From the NCBI GenBank assembly GCA_964368805.1, contig CAYJDE010000001.1, forward strand, positions 1 through 56,618: DNA of 56,618 nucleotides. Direction: 5' to 3'. The notes under the pieces were generated by a model that searched no databases, was not told the origin of the DNA, and saw nothing but the letters and a program-made list of their open reading frames with translations. The DNA is from an uncultured Desulfovibrionaceae bacterium. Lineage in GTDB: Bacteria > Desulfobacterota > Desulfovibrionia > Desulfovibrionales > Desulfovibrionaceae. Made by a program: the position numbers and the translations under genes. Shown here in pieces: positions 1 through 8,793 of this stretch. Numbering within the stretch: the first letter of the stretch is position 1; each line of letters opens with the position of its first letter.

Positions 1-76
1 TTTTGAGCCGACTGCAAATGTTAACTGTCGAGTAGTAGGTAGTTGAAAAAGCAGCCTCTACTGCGTCAAAACTAAA

Positions 77-131
77 AAGGCAAATCGCTTGTGTATGGCA
101 ATATACACGGCGCGCCTTGCCTTTTTGTTTT
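77..131 (+). terminator. Rho-independent terminator-like compound hairpin with T-tract, probably for a + strand gene ending at or before the window edge
   Basis: Outer stem AAGGCAA (77-83) / TTGCCTT (117-123). Inner stem GTGTAT (91-96) / ATACAC (103-108). Followed by TTTGTTTTT. Confidence 0.45.
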
Positions 132-151
132 TCCTTGTATCTTACTTTGAG

Positions 152-235
152 ACCACTGCACAATTATTTTCAAATATAGTTTTGCGTTTAAAATTTGAAA
201 GTTCGTTCGAAAGGTCAAATAAAGTGTGCAGAGGT
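152..235. repeat. REPIN/MITE-like ~82-bp element, copy B. A degenerate partial duplicate of its right half follows at ~239-287.
   Basis: ACCACTGCACAATTATTTTCAAATATAG...AAATTTGAAAGTTCGTTCGAAA...GTGTGCAGAGGT. The inverted terminal arms match copies at 1692, 34464 and 36342. Confidence 0.8.
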
Positions 236-581
236 TTCAAATTTGAAAATTTGTTCGAAATGTAAAGTGACGTGTATAGAGCTGAAACTGTTATATCATA
301 TTGCATGATATTTTCGCCCAAGAGCGTAACAACTGTTCTTTGCTGCAGGAAAAGTCTCTTTTCCTGCCACGTAGTCACGAAAGGATAGTACGAAGAGCAA
401 GAGGGGGAGGCGGGATTGTTAAGGGCTGCCAGGGGGACGCAGTCCCCTTAAGCCCTTGACAGCCTGTTAAAGAACACTTGCCAAAATGCGCATTGCCGTT
501 TACAAGCAATCTTCTTTTACAAAAAATAGTCTGTGCAATACAACACGCACAGGCTTTGAGAAATAACTTTTGGAGCAATAC

Positions 582-1679
582 ATGTCTTTAAGTATAGGAA
601 TCGTGGGCCTGCCTAACGTGGGAAAATCTACCTTATTTAATGCCTTAACCAAGGCACAAAATGCCCAAGCGGCCAATTACCCCTTTTGTACCATAGAGCC
701 CAACAAGGCTACTGTGGCTGTACCAGATAAACGCTTAACGGTGCTTACTGAACTGGCTAAGCCTCAAAAAACCTTACATGCCAATGTGGATTTCATTGAT
801 ATTGCAGGTCTTGTGCGTGGTGCTAGCAAAGGGGAAGGCCTTGGCAATCAATTTCTTGCCAACATTCGTGAATGTGCCGCCATTGTGCACGTAGTACGTT
901 GCTTTGAAGATGAAAATATCACCCATGTGGATGGAACTGTGGATCCGCTTCGTGATATTGAAACCATAGAAACAGAATTATTGCTTTCTGATATTCAATC
1001 AGCAGAAAGACGCATGGAAAGATTGCGTAAAATTCGTGGAGATAAAAGCGCCCAAGCCGTAGCGACGCAAGTGGCCAATCTTGTGGAACACCTCAATGCC
1101 GGTAAGCCTGCCATCACCTTTGACCAACCTGATGGCGACCTTTTTGCTACGCATTGGCGTGAAATGGGCCTTATTACCGCTAAGAAAACCATTTATTGCG
1201 CCAATGTGGATGAAGAACACGCCGTAGATGGCAATGCTCATGTGGAAATTGTGCGCAAGCTCGCCGAAGAACGTGGTGCAGGCTTTGCCCTTATTTGTGC
1301 AAAAATTGAAGAAGAGTTGCAAGGCCTTCCTGATGAGGAGCAAGCAGATATGTTAGCTTCCTTTGGTATTGAAGCCAGCGGCCTTGAAACCATTATCCGT
1401 ACAGGCTATGCCACCCTTGAGCTTTGTTCTTATTTTACTGTAGGTGAAAAAGAAGTACGGGCATGGACCATCAAGCAAGGCTGGAAGGCTCCGCAAGCCG
1501 CTGGGGTTATTCATACAGACTTTGAACGTGGCTTTATTCGTGCCGAAGTCATTGGCTATGACGATTTCGTACAGTATAAAAACGAAGCAGCTTGCCGCAC
1601 CGCTGGTGTATTACGTACCGAAGGCAAAGAATATATAGTGAAAGATGGAGATGTTATGCATTTCCTTTTCAACGTATAA
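582..1679 (+). CDS. ychF: Redox-regulated ribosome-binding ATPase YchF (Obg-family GTPase fold)
   Basis: N-terminus [23 protein letters not shown] (P-loop) and a C-terminal TGS-like ...[14 protein letters not shown] lies 6 nt upstream of ATG 582. The ORF-track start at 570 is a TTG extension. Confidence 0.92.
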   Translation: MSLSIGIVGLPNVGKSTLFNALTKAQNAQAANYPFCTIEPNKATVAVPDKRLTVLTELAKPQKTLHANVDFIDIAGLVRGASKGEGLGNQFLANIRECAAIVHVVRCFEDENITHVDGTVDPLRDIETIETELLLSDIQSAERRMERLRKIRGDKSAQAVATQVANLVEHLNAGKPAITFDQPDGDLFATHWREMGLITAKKTIYCANVDEEHAVDGNAHVEIVRKLAEERGAGFALICAKIEEELQGLPDEEQADMLASFGIEASGLETIIRTGYATLELCSYFTVGEKEVRAWTIKQGWKAPQAAGVIHTDFERGFIRAEVIGYDDFVQYKNEAACRTAGVLRTEGKEYIVKDGDVMHFLFNV

Positions 1680-1691
1680 CCCTATTATGAA

Positions 1692-1773
1692 ACCTCTGCA
1701 CACTTTTTTAAATATAGCTTTACATCTAAAATTTGAAAATTTGTTCGAAATGAAAAATAGCATGTGCAGAGGT
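1692..1773. repeat. REPIN/MITE-like 82-bp element, copy A, immediately downstream of the ychF stop
   Basis: ACCTCTGCACA...TTTAAATATAGCTTTACATCTAAAATTTGAAAATTTGTTCGAAATGAAAAATAGCATGTGCAGAGGT. Terminal inverted arms are ACCTCTGCAC / GTGCAGAGGT. Confidence 0.85.
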
Positions 1774-2052
1774 CTCTATTTATTATACTGTTGCAAAAAT
1801 CTTATTTCGTGTTGCAAAAAAAGCACATTCTTCAAATCTTTTTTTTCACAATACTCCCATAAACATCCCGATTTATGGTGACAGTACATATAGAGCACTC
1901 TAAAGACGCGCATGATAATAAGGTATATCAAAGTATTTTTTCTTTCGACTCTCTTGTCTATTCTGATTATTTTTTCACAATCTATGCCACTATCCCTTGA
2001 CAGCTTGTGATTTTCTTGCCATTGCTTTTCTGTGATACATTTGGAGGTATAA

Positions 2053-3120
2053 ATGGAAAGTGTGGCTCAAGAAAAGCAAAGTGTTTTAGCAAGCATCGTA
2101 AAAGTACTTCCGGGCTTTGCCCTGTTTACTAGCGTTGCTCTAGTGGCATGGTATGTAACCCCTCTCATCAACTCCTTACATCCCGTTATTAAAAGCCTTA
2201 ATCTTAGTAATTTTATTGTGGCTATTATTTTGGGAATGGTCATTCTTAATGTGTTTGGAGTTCCCGAAATTTTTCAACCCGGTCTAAAATTTTCCACAAT
2301 TTTGACGAAGACTGGTATCGTTGTTATGGGCTGTAAATATTCCTTTGAGGGCCTCCTAAAAACCGGTACTGAGGCTTTGATTATTATCGCAGTTTTCCTT
2401 TTCGCTACTGCCTTAATTCTCATGTGGATAGGTCAAAAATTGCACATGTCCCCTGCATTAAGCGCCTGTCTTGCCGCAGGCCTTTCTGTTTGTGGTGTAT
2501 CTGCCGCTGTGGCCATTGCGCCCGCTGTGCGTGCTAAAAACGAAGATATGGCCTATACCATCGCTGTAGTACTCATGTTTGGCCTCATTGCCCTTTTCGT
2601 CTTCCCCTTTGTGGGACAGTGGTTTGAGCTTACAGGCAACCAATTTGGAGCCTTTGCAGGGGTAGGTATCATCAACTCTGCACAGGTGCTGGCCGCAGGC
2701 CTTGCCTTTAGCCCCGAAGCTGGTGACGTTGCTGGTGTGTACAATATCGGCCGTGTTGTTTTCTTACCTTTTGTTGTTTTAACCCTTGCCATTATGGTAG
2801 CCAATGCTGATGCAGACGTGCAAGCACAAATGGAAGGTACCAGCAAGATGAAGCTTATCATCGACAAATTCCCTGTATTTGTTATTGGCTTCATTGCCAT
2901 TGTTACCTTTAATACTTTTGGCTTCTTAACCCAACCCCAAGTAAAAATGGCCAGCTCCTTCATGAACTGGTGTTTCCTCCTTGGTTTTTCCAGTATTGGT
3001 TTAACCACACGCCTTTCAGACATTAAGGCTGCAGGACTTTCCGGTGCTGCTCTTGGCTTTGTGGTTGCTGGTCTTAAAGCTGCCCTTGCATTGTGGGTTG
3101 TTATCTATTTCTTAAAATAA
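2053..3120 (+). CDS. YeiH/UPF0324-family integral membrane protein (putative sulfate-exporter family transporter)
   Basis: 355 aa and polytopic. GLSVCGVSAAVAIAPAVRAK...AVVLMFGLIALFVFP and INSAQVLAAG resemble the remembered YeiH motifs (SICGAAA..., HEVAQVVAAG). GGAGG RBS before ATG. Confidence 0.7.
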   Translation: MESVAQEKQSVLASIVKVLPGFALFTSVALVAWYVTPLINSLHPVIKSLNLSNFIVAIILGMVILNVFGVPEIFQPGLKFSTILTKTGIVVMGCKYSFEGLLKTGTEALIIIAVFLFATALILMWIGQKLHMSPALSACLAAGLSVCGVSAAVAIAPAVRAKNEDMAYTIAVVLMFGLIALFVFPFVGQWFELTGNQFGAFAGVGIINSAQVLAAGLAFSPEAGDVAGVYNIGRVVFLPFVVLTLAIMVANADADVQAQMEGTSKMKLIIDKFPVFVIGFIAIVTFNTFGFLTQPQVKMASSFMNWCFLLGFSSIGLTTRLSDIKAAGLSGAALGFVVAGLKAALALWVVIYFLK

Positions 3121-3144
3121 TGAAAAAGGAACAGGAGAGCATAT

Positions 3145-3588
3145 GTGGAACAAAATTTCAAAAAGCAGACGTCAGGACATCATAGTTATAGCATGCGGTG
3201 TGTGCTTGGTACTTCTGGCAAAGTATCTTGCGTAGTTTGCTTAGCAGAAAAAGCTTCGCCTTTAGATGAGGCAAATATAATAGAGCTTACAGAGCGTATG
3301 CTTCAAGAGAAAATACCTTTGAAAGCGTATTATTATATAGCCAAAAGTTTAAGCCATTATGGCAACGTGGACCATTTAGCCCCTGCGGGCGCCATGGAAG
3401 AGTTTGTGGACTATGTCCATGGCCTAGAACAAGAAGAAGCAAAAGCCTTCTTTAAAAGCCTTACAGAGCGCATAAAAGGTCACACAGAAATACATGTACT
3501 GCGAGGGGAACATGAGTGGCAAAAAACCCTTCAACGCCTGAAGGAAAACTTTGCCCAAATACACTTGCTTGCCCCGCAAGATATATAA
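3145..3588 (+). CDS. Hypothetical protein. The start is uncertain: GTG 3145, or an internal ATG such as 3193.
   Basis: 147-aa ORF with no recognised motif. It shares its RBS region with an overlapping 30-aa ORF at 3143-3235 (see findings). Confidence 0.45.
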   Translation: MEQNFKKQTSGHHSYSMRCVLGTSGKVSCVVCLAEKASPLDEANIIELTERMLQEKIPLKAYYYIAKSLSHYGNVDHLAPAGAMEEFVDYVHGLEQEEAKAFFKSLTERIKGHTEIHVLRGEHEWQKTLQRLKENFAQIHLLAPQDI

Positions 3589-3598
3589 ACAAAAAAAA

Positions 3599-3630
3599 GG
3601 AAAGAGTGGTCGCTCTTTCCTTTTTTTATT
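3599..3630 (+). terminator. Rho-independent terminator
   Basis: GGAAAGAG (3599-3606), loop TGGTCG, CTCTTTCC (3613-3620), then TTTTTTTATT. An A-run precedes it, so it could work in both directions. Confidence 0.75.
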
Positions 3631-3735
3631 TGCAATTCAAGACATCAAGACTCCGCATAATGCATATGCATGCTCTCTGCGCAATTCATTGCGTAGGGTC
3701 TCATGGAGAGAATGCGAGTCTTAATTATCTTCCCA

Positions 3736-3768
3736 CAAAAAAAAGCCCCTGAAAAAATCAGAGGCTTT
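3736..3768 (-). terminator. Rho-independent terminator of the PpsA-like gene
   Basis: On the minus strand: AAGCCTCTGA-TTTTT-TCAGGGGCTT followed by T8. It lies about 20 nt downstream of the stop at 3790. Confidence 0.8.
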
Positions 3769-3789
3769 GATGTTAGTTATAAAGGTATA

Positions 3790-6700
3790 TTACCAAGTCA
3801 TTTGACGGTAGGCTTCTAAAGCTTTTTGTTGTTCCTCAAAGCTTTCAAAACCAGCTTGACGCAAGGCGTCGTTTACTGTGGTATTCCAATCCCATGTGGC
3901 ATAAATGACGGCTTTATGGAATGTATCTCTAAAGTTGCCAAGTTCCTTACGGTAGAAGGCTTCTGTAGGAGTGTCTAAATGCTCACGCAATTGTTCATGG
4001 CGACGCTGTAACTCACCTTCATACCACTCTTTTACATCTTCAGGCTGCGTATATTTCTTTAAAATATGCCCATAGCCTTCTTTTTCCATAAGCTTACTTA
4101 AACGCTCATGATGCTGTTTTATAAGCCACTTTCCAAGGTCTGCTGTGCAAATATTTTCAGCTTCGATGGCGGCAATATCTTGCACCGTTTGATAGTACGT
4201 ATCTGGTACCACAGAAGCAGAAGCAATGCCAGCAATGGCCACAAGGCCACGTAAAATAAGACTGTTAGAGACACCCTGTCCGCAAAAGCCTACCTTTTTT
4301 GCATATTTTTGGCCTGTGAAAATGGTCACCAACACAGCCCAAATAACGGCTGGGTCTTCTTCATCATAAATATGTCCAAGGCTGGCATTGTCACGGTCTG
4401 TGGCAAGTACCATTTGTGTCATGTCATTGGAACCGATGGAAAAACCATCAAATTCTTCAATGAATTGTTTTGCCAAAATGGCATTGGATGGAATTTCTGA
4501 CATAAGAATGATTTTTAAACCGTCTTGACCGGGACGTAATTTATGCACTTGGTCAAGGTAACGACGCATGGAGCGTGCTTCTTCCAAAGTACGCACAAAG
4601 GGCAACATCATTTGCAGATTCGTGCCACCATACACACCACGGGCCAGTTTAAAGGCTTCGATTTCCCAATCATGAATATTACGAGAAACCCCACGATAGC
4701 CCAACATAGGGTTATCTTCTACGCCTTCAAAGAGATGCCCACCAAGTAAGTTGCGATATTCATTGCTCTTAAAGTCAGTGGTACGATATACGATGGTTTT
4801 GCCATAAAAAGCCATGGCAAAAATAGCCAAGCTTTGCGCAAGAGTCTGAATATAATGTTCTTTACCTGTACGGAAACCACGACTTTGAATGATAATACGA
4901 ATTTTTTCTATGAGGTTATGCACCTCATCCATTTCTTTTTTAAGACCAGTACGTAAACCCACTTCTTCACGTAATCGTTCAATATTTTCAATAACAGCCA
5001 ACACTTTTTCATTGGTGTTAATTTTCTTCACATGGGCATCAATGGTAGCTTCAATTTCCGCACGACGCTTTACATCTTCAGGGTCTTTAGGAGAAAGCAT
5101 GGCAAGCTCATCATCAAAACCCATAATAATGCGTACATGCTCATGTAAATCAGAGCTGGTTTTTAAAATATCTAAACGACGTGTGGCAGCTTCCCAATAG
5201 CTATCAATCTTATTTTCAATTTCACGCATCTTGCGGTGAACGAAAATCAAATCTTCAGGAACAGAATCTGCCGTTTGCGCTGCAAGTTCTTTCACTTCGC
5301 TTGAAAGCCCTGTAATTTCACCTACATGCTCGCGCAAATTCAAATTAGAAACAATAAGCCCCACGGAAATTTGCTCGCGCAAAATCTTAGAAAGCCTGTT
5401 TTCTAAAACTCGGGCTTGGTTTTGTACAATGGCTTCTAAAGTACCATTATCATAGGCTTCTAACGCTCCAGGATGTATGCTAATGTTTCCTAGCATAAAC
5501 TCTGCACGCAATAAGCCTACCTCAAACTTGGGTATTTGACGCAAACGAGAAAGGAAAAGTGATTGACCAACGTCGGCAAGCACAAGCCCTACTTTGGCTT
5601 GGGTAGGTGGCAATTTGGAAAGATCCATCTCGCCGCCCACTTCGTGCAAGGGTAAAAGACCACGATATACTTTACCTGTAGTGCCATCTACCGTTACTTC
5701 TGCACCATCAAGGGCACGTAACTTATCCACACGCTGAATACCAATGACAGCCGCAATGCCAAGTTCACGTGAGGTAATAGCCGCGTGGCTAGTATCCCCA
5801 CCCACATCTGCCATAATAGCAGAGGCAACACGCATACCGGGCACCATGTCAGGGTCGGTACGTTCTGCTGCTAAAATATCGCCTTTACTAATTTTATTTA
5901 ACTCTAATGCGGAGCGCAAAAACTTAACAGTCCCCTGCCCTGCACCACGAGAAGCCCCATTACCTTCCACCACAACTTCTGCCAAAGCAGCCGCCTTGGG
6001 GTCTACTTCCTTACGGCGCATAAAAATGGTATTGGGATGCAGCTCTAATTCATCGTTCCAACGGGTTTCTGGACGGGCTTGTACAAACCATAATTTGTCC
6101 TTGGCATCAATACAAAATTCCGTATCCATAATCATGCCATCATAAGCGGCACTTACGGCACGAACGCCCTTGGCCACACGCTCAGCTTGTGAGAGCGATA
6201 AAGCCCAGCGAAGTGCTTCGAGTTCTGGCACTTCTACTTCTTTGGTACCGCCCTTTTCATCATAGATAATTTTCATATGCTTATAGCCCATTTGGCGTAT
6301 AACCACTTCTGAACCATTATCTTTTTGGAACACATACAATTTATCTGGGGTAACCTTGCCACCTACCACAGCTTCGCCAAGACCATAACTAGCATCAATG
6401 CTTACTAAGTCTTTGCGGTCAGTACCACGGCATCCTGTGGCAGTATCGGCAGAAAAAGCCGTACCGGAAATAACAGGGTTAATCATCTGCATCATACATA
6501 CAGAAAGGGAGGTGTTTTCAATGGCCCATTCTTTTTTGGCTTCTTCAGCAATGGTTTGATCACCTACTTCTTCTGCCTTGGCAAGAGCATCTAAAATGGC
6601 TTCACGACGATAGGTCATGGAGCGTAAGTTATATGCTGAGGCGCAATCCCAGTGATAGGCCACGGTTACCTTTTCATCGCCCACCATATTCAAATAAGTA

Positions 6701-7371
6701 TCTTGCAAACCTGCAAAAGCTTTTTTGCGTGAATCTTCACCAGCAGCAGAAGAACGCACAGCCACAGGCACAATTTCCCCATCATTATCTTTACAAATAT
6801 CGTGATAGGCACTGCATACGGCGGCACTAACAGTTTTTGGCAATTCTACTGACAAAATAGCTGCTTGCACCATAACGGAACGTTGACGCAATTGATCAAT
6901 GCCTTCAGGAGAGGTGGCAAACCCTTCTACCACATTGTTAATAAAAGTACGCAAAGGAATACGGACGTCGTCTAAAGTTGCGCTCTTTTCAGCAATCATA
7001 CGACCTAAGCTACGCACAAATTTTTGCAAAAATTCTGGATCTTGATTAATTTCAGAGTCCATCCAATCGACGCGCTTATATTCTTTTTCCACTACGGAAC
7101 GAATGACAGAGGCAATAACACTTGTTTCATCCAATACTTTATGGAAACCAACGGAAGAAATAGCCCTAAAGTGTGGAGCCTGTATACCTACTATCTCTGA
7201 GATAAGTGCTGTATTGTAGTTTTTACCACCCACAAGTAATTCAGCACTCTCTCCCATGGAAACAATATCTGCCCCAGTAAGAACAAGCTTATCAGTATGT
7301 TGCGCTTTATTAACAGTTGTAGTGTTGGCAGGTTTTGCTGCAGGCTTAGTTGCAGGCTGTTTCTTATCCAT
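3790..7371 (-). CDS. Giant PEP-utilising enzyme, phosphoenolpyruvate synthase (PpsA)-like, ~1193 aa, with a large internal insert and a C-terminal extension
   Basis: N-terminal ATP-grasp-type PPDK_N region. Phosphohistidine swivel motif GGDTSHAAITSRELGIAAVIG. C-terminal TIM-barrel motifs LLRAEFM and GFSIGSNDMTQMV. ATG at 7371 is preceded by GAGGA; the ORF-track start at 7440 is an alternative-codon extension. Confidence 0.85.
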   Translation of the reverse strand: MDKKQPATKPAAKPANTTTVNKAQHTDKLVLTGADIVSMGESAELLVGGKNYNTALISEIVGIQAPHFRAISSVGFHKVLDETSVIASVIRSVVEKEYKRVDWMDSEINQDPEFLQKFVRSLGRMIAEKSATLDDVRIPLRTFINNVVEGFATSPEGIDQLRQRSVMVQAAILSVELPKTVSAAVCSAYHDICKDNDGEIVPVAVRSSAAGEDSRKKAFAGLQDTYLNMVGDEKVTVAYHWDCASAYNLRSMTYRREAILDALAKAEEVGDQTIAEEAKKEWAIENTSLSVCMMQMINPVISGTAFSADTATGCRGTDRKDLVSIDASYGLGEAVVGGKVTPDKLYVFQKDNGSEVVIRQMGYKHMKIIYDEKGGTKEVEVPELEALRWALSLSQAERVAKGVRAVSAAYDGMIMDTEFCIDAKDKLWFVQARPETRWNDELELHPNTIFMRRKEVDPKAAALAEVVVEGNGASRGAGQGTVKFLRSALELNKISKGDILAAERTDPDMVPGMRVASAIMADVGGDTSHAAITSRELGIAAVIGIQRVDKLRALDGAEVTVDGTTGKVYRGLLPLHEVGGEMDLSKLPPTQAKVGLVLADVGQSLFLSRLRQIPKFEVGLLRAEFMLGNISIHPGALEAYDNGTLEAIVQNQARVLENRLSKILREQISVGLIVSNLNLREHVGEITGLSSEVKELAAQTADSVPEDLIFVHRKMREIENKIDSYWEAATRRLDILKTSSDLHEHVRIIMGFDDELAMLSPKDPEDVKRRAEIEATIDAHVKKINTNEKVLAVIENIERLREEVGLRTGLKKEMDEVHNLIEKIRIIIQSRGFRTGKEHYIQTLAQSLAIFAMAFYGKTIVYRTTDFKSNEYRNLLGGHLFEGVEDNPMLGYRGVSRNIHDWEIEAFKLARGVYGGTNLQMMLPFVRTLEEARSMRRYLDQVHKLRPGQDGLKIILMSEIPSNAILAKQFIEEFDGFSIGSNDMTQMVLATDRDNASLGHIYDEEDPAVIWAVLVTIFTGQKYAKKVGFCGQGVSNSLILRGLVAIAGIASASVVPDTYYQTVQDIAAIEAENICTADLGKWLIKQHHERLSKLMEKEGYGHILKKYTQPEDVKEWYEGELQRRHEQLREHLDTPTEAFYRKELGNFRDTFHKAVIYATWDWNTTVNDALRQAGFESFEEQQKALEAYRQMTW

Positions 7372-7602
7372 TCCGTCCTCCGTGGGGTCAGTAAATACCG
7401 TGTAAAATATTCTCTGTGCACTTATCTTTAGCAAAGGCAAAAGTAAGCAGTTTCATCAAAAAAAACACCATGCGGAATTCTGCTCGGCATGTGAAAAAAT
7501 ACATTTATAGAGCCTGTGAAACTTAGCAATTTTTTACACTTTTGTCCAGTACAATGTCTGTACATTTTCGCCACATCATCTTCATAAAAATAAAGATTTA
7601 TC

Positions 7603-8715
7603 TTATTTTCTCTCTGATTTAATTACATAGGCATAGACAGCACTTGAAAGCATACTGGTAAGCGGTGCCATAATTTTTTCATAAGCAATCATCCCCACTG
7701 CATTAAGCGGTATGGCTAGCACAAAAGTTAGTAGTAAAGCCCAAGTATACCCCAGCATGGCTTGTAATTCTAAAAACATCCATGCCGATAAGGTAAACAT
7801 AAGAAGAAAGTGCATGAGAATAAGTTCAAACGAACGACGCCCACACCATAGAAAGAAAGGATGCGCAAAGAAATTTTGTAATTTCTTTGTAAAACTTAAG
7901 CCCAAAAGCAGTAAAAATACGCCGAAATTTTGCACCAATAATTTTGCATGCACATTGTACACCAGCAATTCACCAAAAAAGGCACATAAAAAGCCTAAAA
8001 TAAACATAAGCGCACTTATATATGGTAAATTTTTCTCTTTATATCGCAAAAATATATCGGCTGCCATGATACCAAAAATAAAAGCAAAGTAAAAGGGCGC
8101 ATAATACGATAAAGCCAAAAGTAAAGCATACCATATACATCTTTGAGATAATGTGCCGAGAAACAATAATACTGCATAGGTAAGATACGAACCAATAAAA
8201 ATTATATGCATGCACCACAAAGGCGATACATAGGAACCATCGTTCATGACAAATACTTTGAATAATGCAGAAGTTACCGCACCCCAAAAGGAAAATTCTC
8301 CCTGCAGCATAGCACCATTCCATGGTATTTGTAAGGCCTGGCCTAGCGCAAGGTGATAATACTGCTCGTATAGATATAAACCATAAGAAAGCAATGTTAT
8401 ACTTAAGGTATAAGGAATAAAACGAAAATAGCGTACTATTATTTGTTTTTTGATCCAAACCACATCATAGGTGCTAAAAAAGCGTAAAGCAGGAATAAAT
8501 GCGATTAATGCGAAAAAAGCGTAAAGAAATGCATTACCATTGGAGACTAAGGAAAAAGGAAAATACGCCCAAAAATGCGATATTTTTTCATGTACTTCCA
8601 CACCTGACTGCCAGCCAAAATAGCCAAAATCGCCAAAGGCAATGAAATAATGAATTAACGTTACTCCAATGGCACAAAATCCTTTAAAACCTGTTAGATA
8701 TGCTATTTTTTGCAT
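7603..8715 (-). CDS. Acyltransferase family 3 (OafA/YrhL-like) integral membrane protein
   Basis: 370 aa with about 10 TM segments. N-terminus ...GFKGFCAIGVTLIHY resembles the acyl_transf_3 motif (LDGLRG.A...V...H). AAGGAG RBS. By eye, more A+T-rich than its neighbours. Confidence 0.6.
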   Translation of the reverse strand: MQKIAYLTGFKGFCAIGVTLIHYFIAFGDFGYFGWQSGVEVHEKISHFWAYFPFSLVSNGNAFLYAFFALIAFIPALRFFSTYDVVWIKKQIIVRYFRFIPYTLSITLLSYGLYLYEQYYHLALGQALQIPWNGAMLQGEFSFWGAVTSALFKVFVMNDGSYVSPLWCMHIIFIGSYLTYAVLLFLGTLSQRCIWYALLLALSYYAPFYFAFIFGIMAADIFLRYKEKNLPYISALMFILGFLCAFFGELLVYNVHAKLLVQNFGVFLLLLGLSFTKKLQNFFAHPFFLWCGRRSFELILMHFLLMFTLSAWMFLELQAMLGYTWALLLTFVLAIPLNAVGMIAYEKIMAPLTSMLSSAVYAYVIKSERK

Positions 8716-8728
8716 GTTGGCATACTCC

Positions 8729-8770
8729 TTAAAAAAAAGGCCTCTTCAAGAAAATACTTGAAAAGGCCTT
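8729..8770 (-). terminator. Rho-independent terminator of pyc
   Basis: Minus strand: AAGGCCTTTTCAAG-TATTTT-CTTGAAGAGGCCTT followed by T8. 14-bp stem with one mismatch. Confidence 0.8.
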
Positions 8771-8793
8771 ATAAATCATACTGTATATAGTGA

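Noticed and set aside
453-463. Shared 11-mer CCCTTGACAGC (also at 1994-2004) followed by CTTGCCA upstream of ychF and the YeiH-like gene
   Set aside because: It may just be two sigma-70 -35-like hexamers in similar context. The spacing to CTTGCCA differs (21 versus 18 nt) and no good -10 follows. Two short occurrences are too little evidence for a regulon motif.
142-578. ORF-track ORFs 142-378 (-) and 375-578 (-)
   Set aside because: They run through the REP doublet and its partial duplicate and through a GC-rich hairpin region upstream of ychF. They have no RBS, the sequences are low-complexity or odd, and they are best explained as non-coding intergenic DNA.
1645-1881. 78-aa ORF overlapping the ychF end and REP copy A
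   Set aside because: It is composed largely of repeat-element sequence. Equivalent repeat copies elsewhere do not maintain an ORF.
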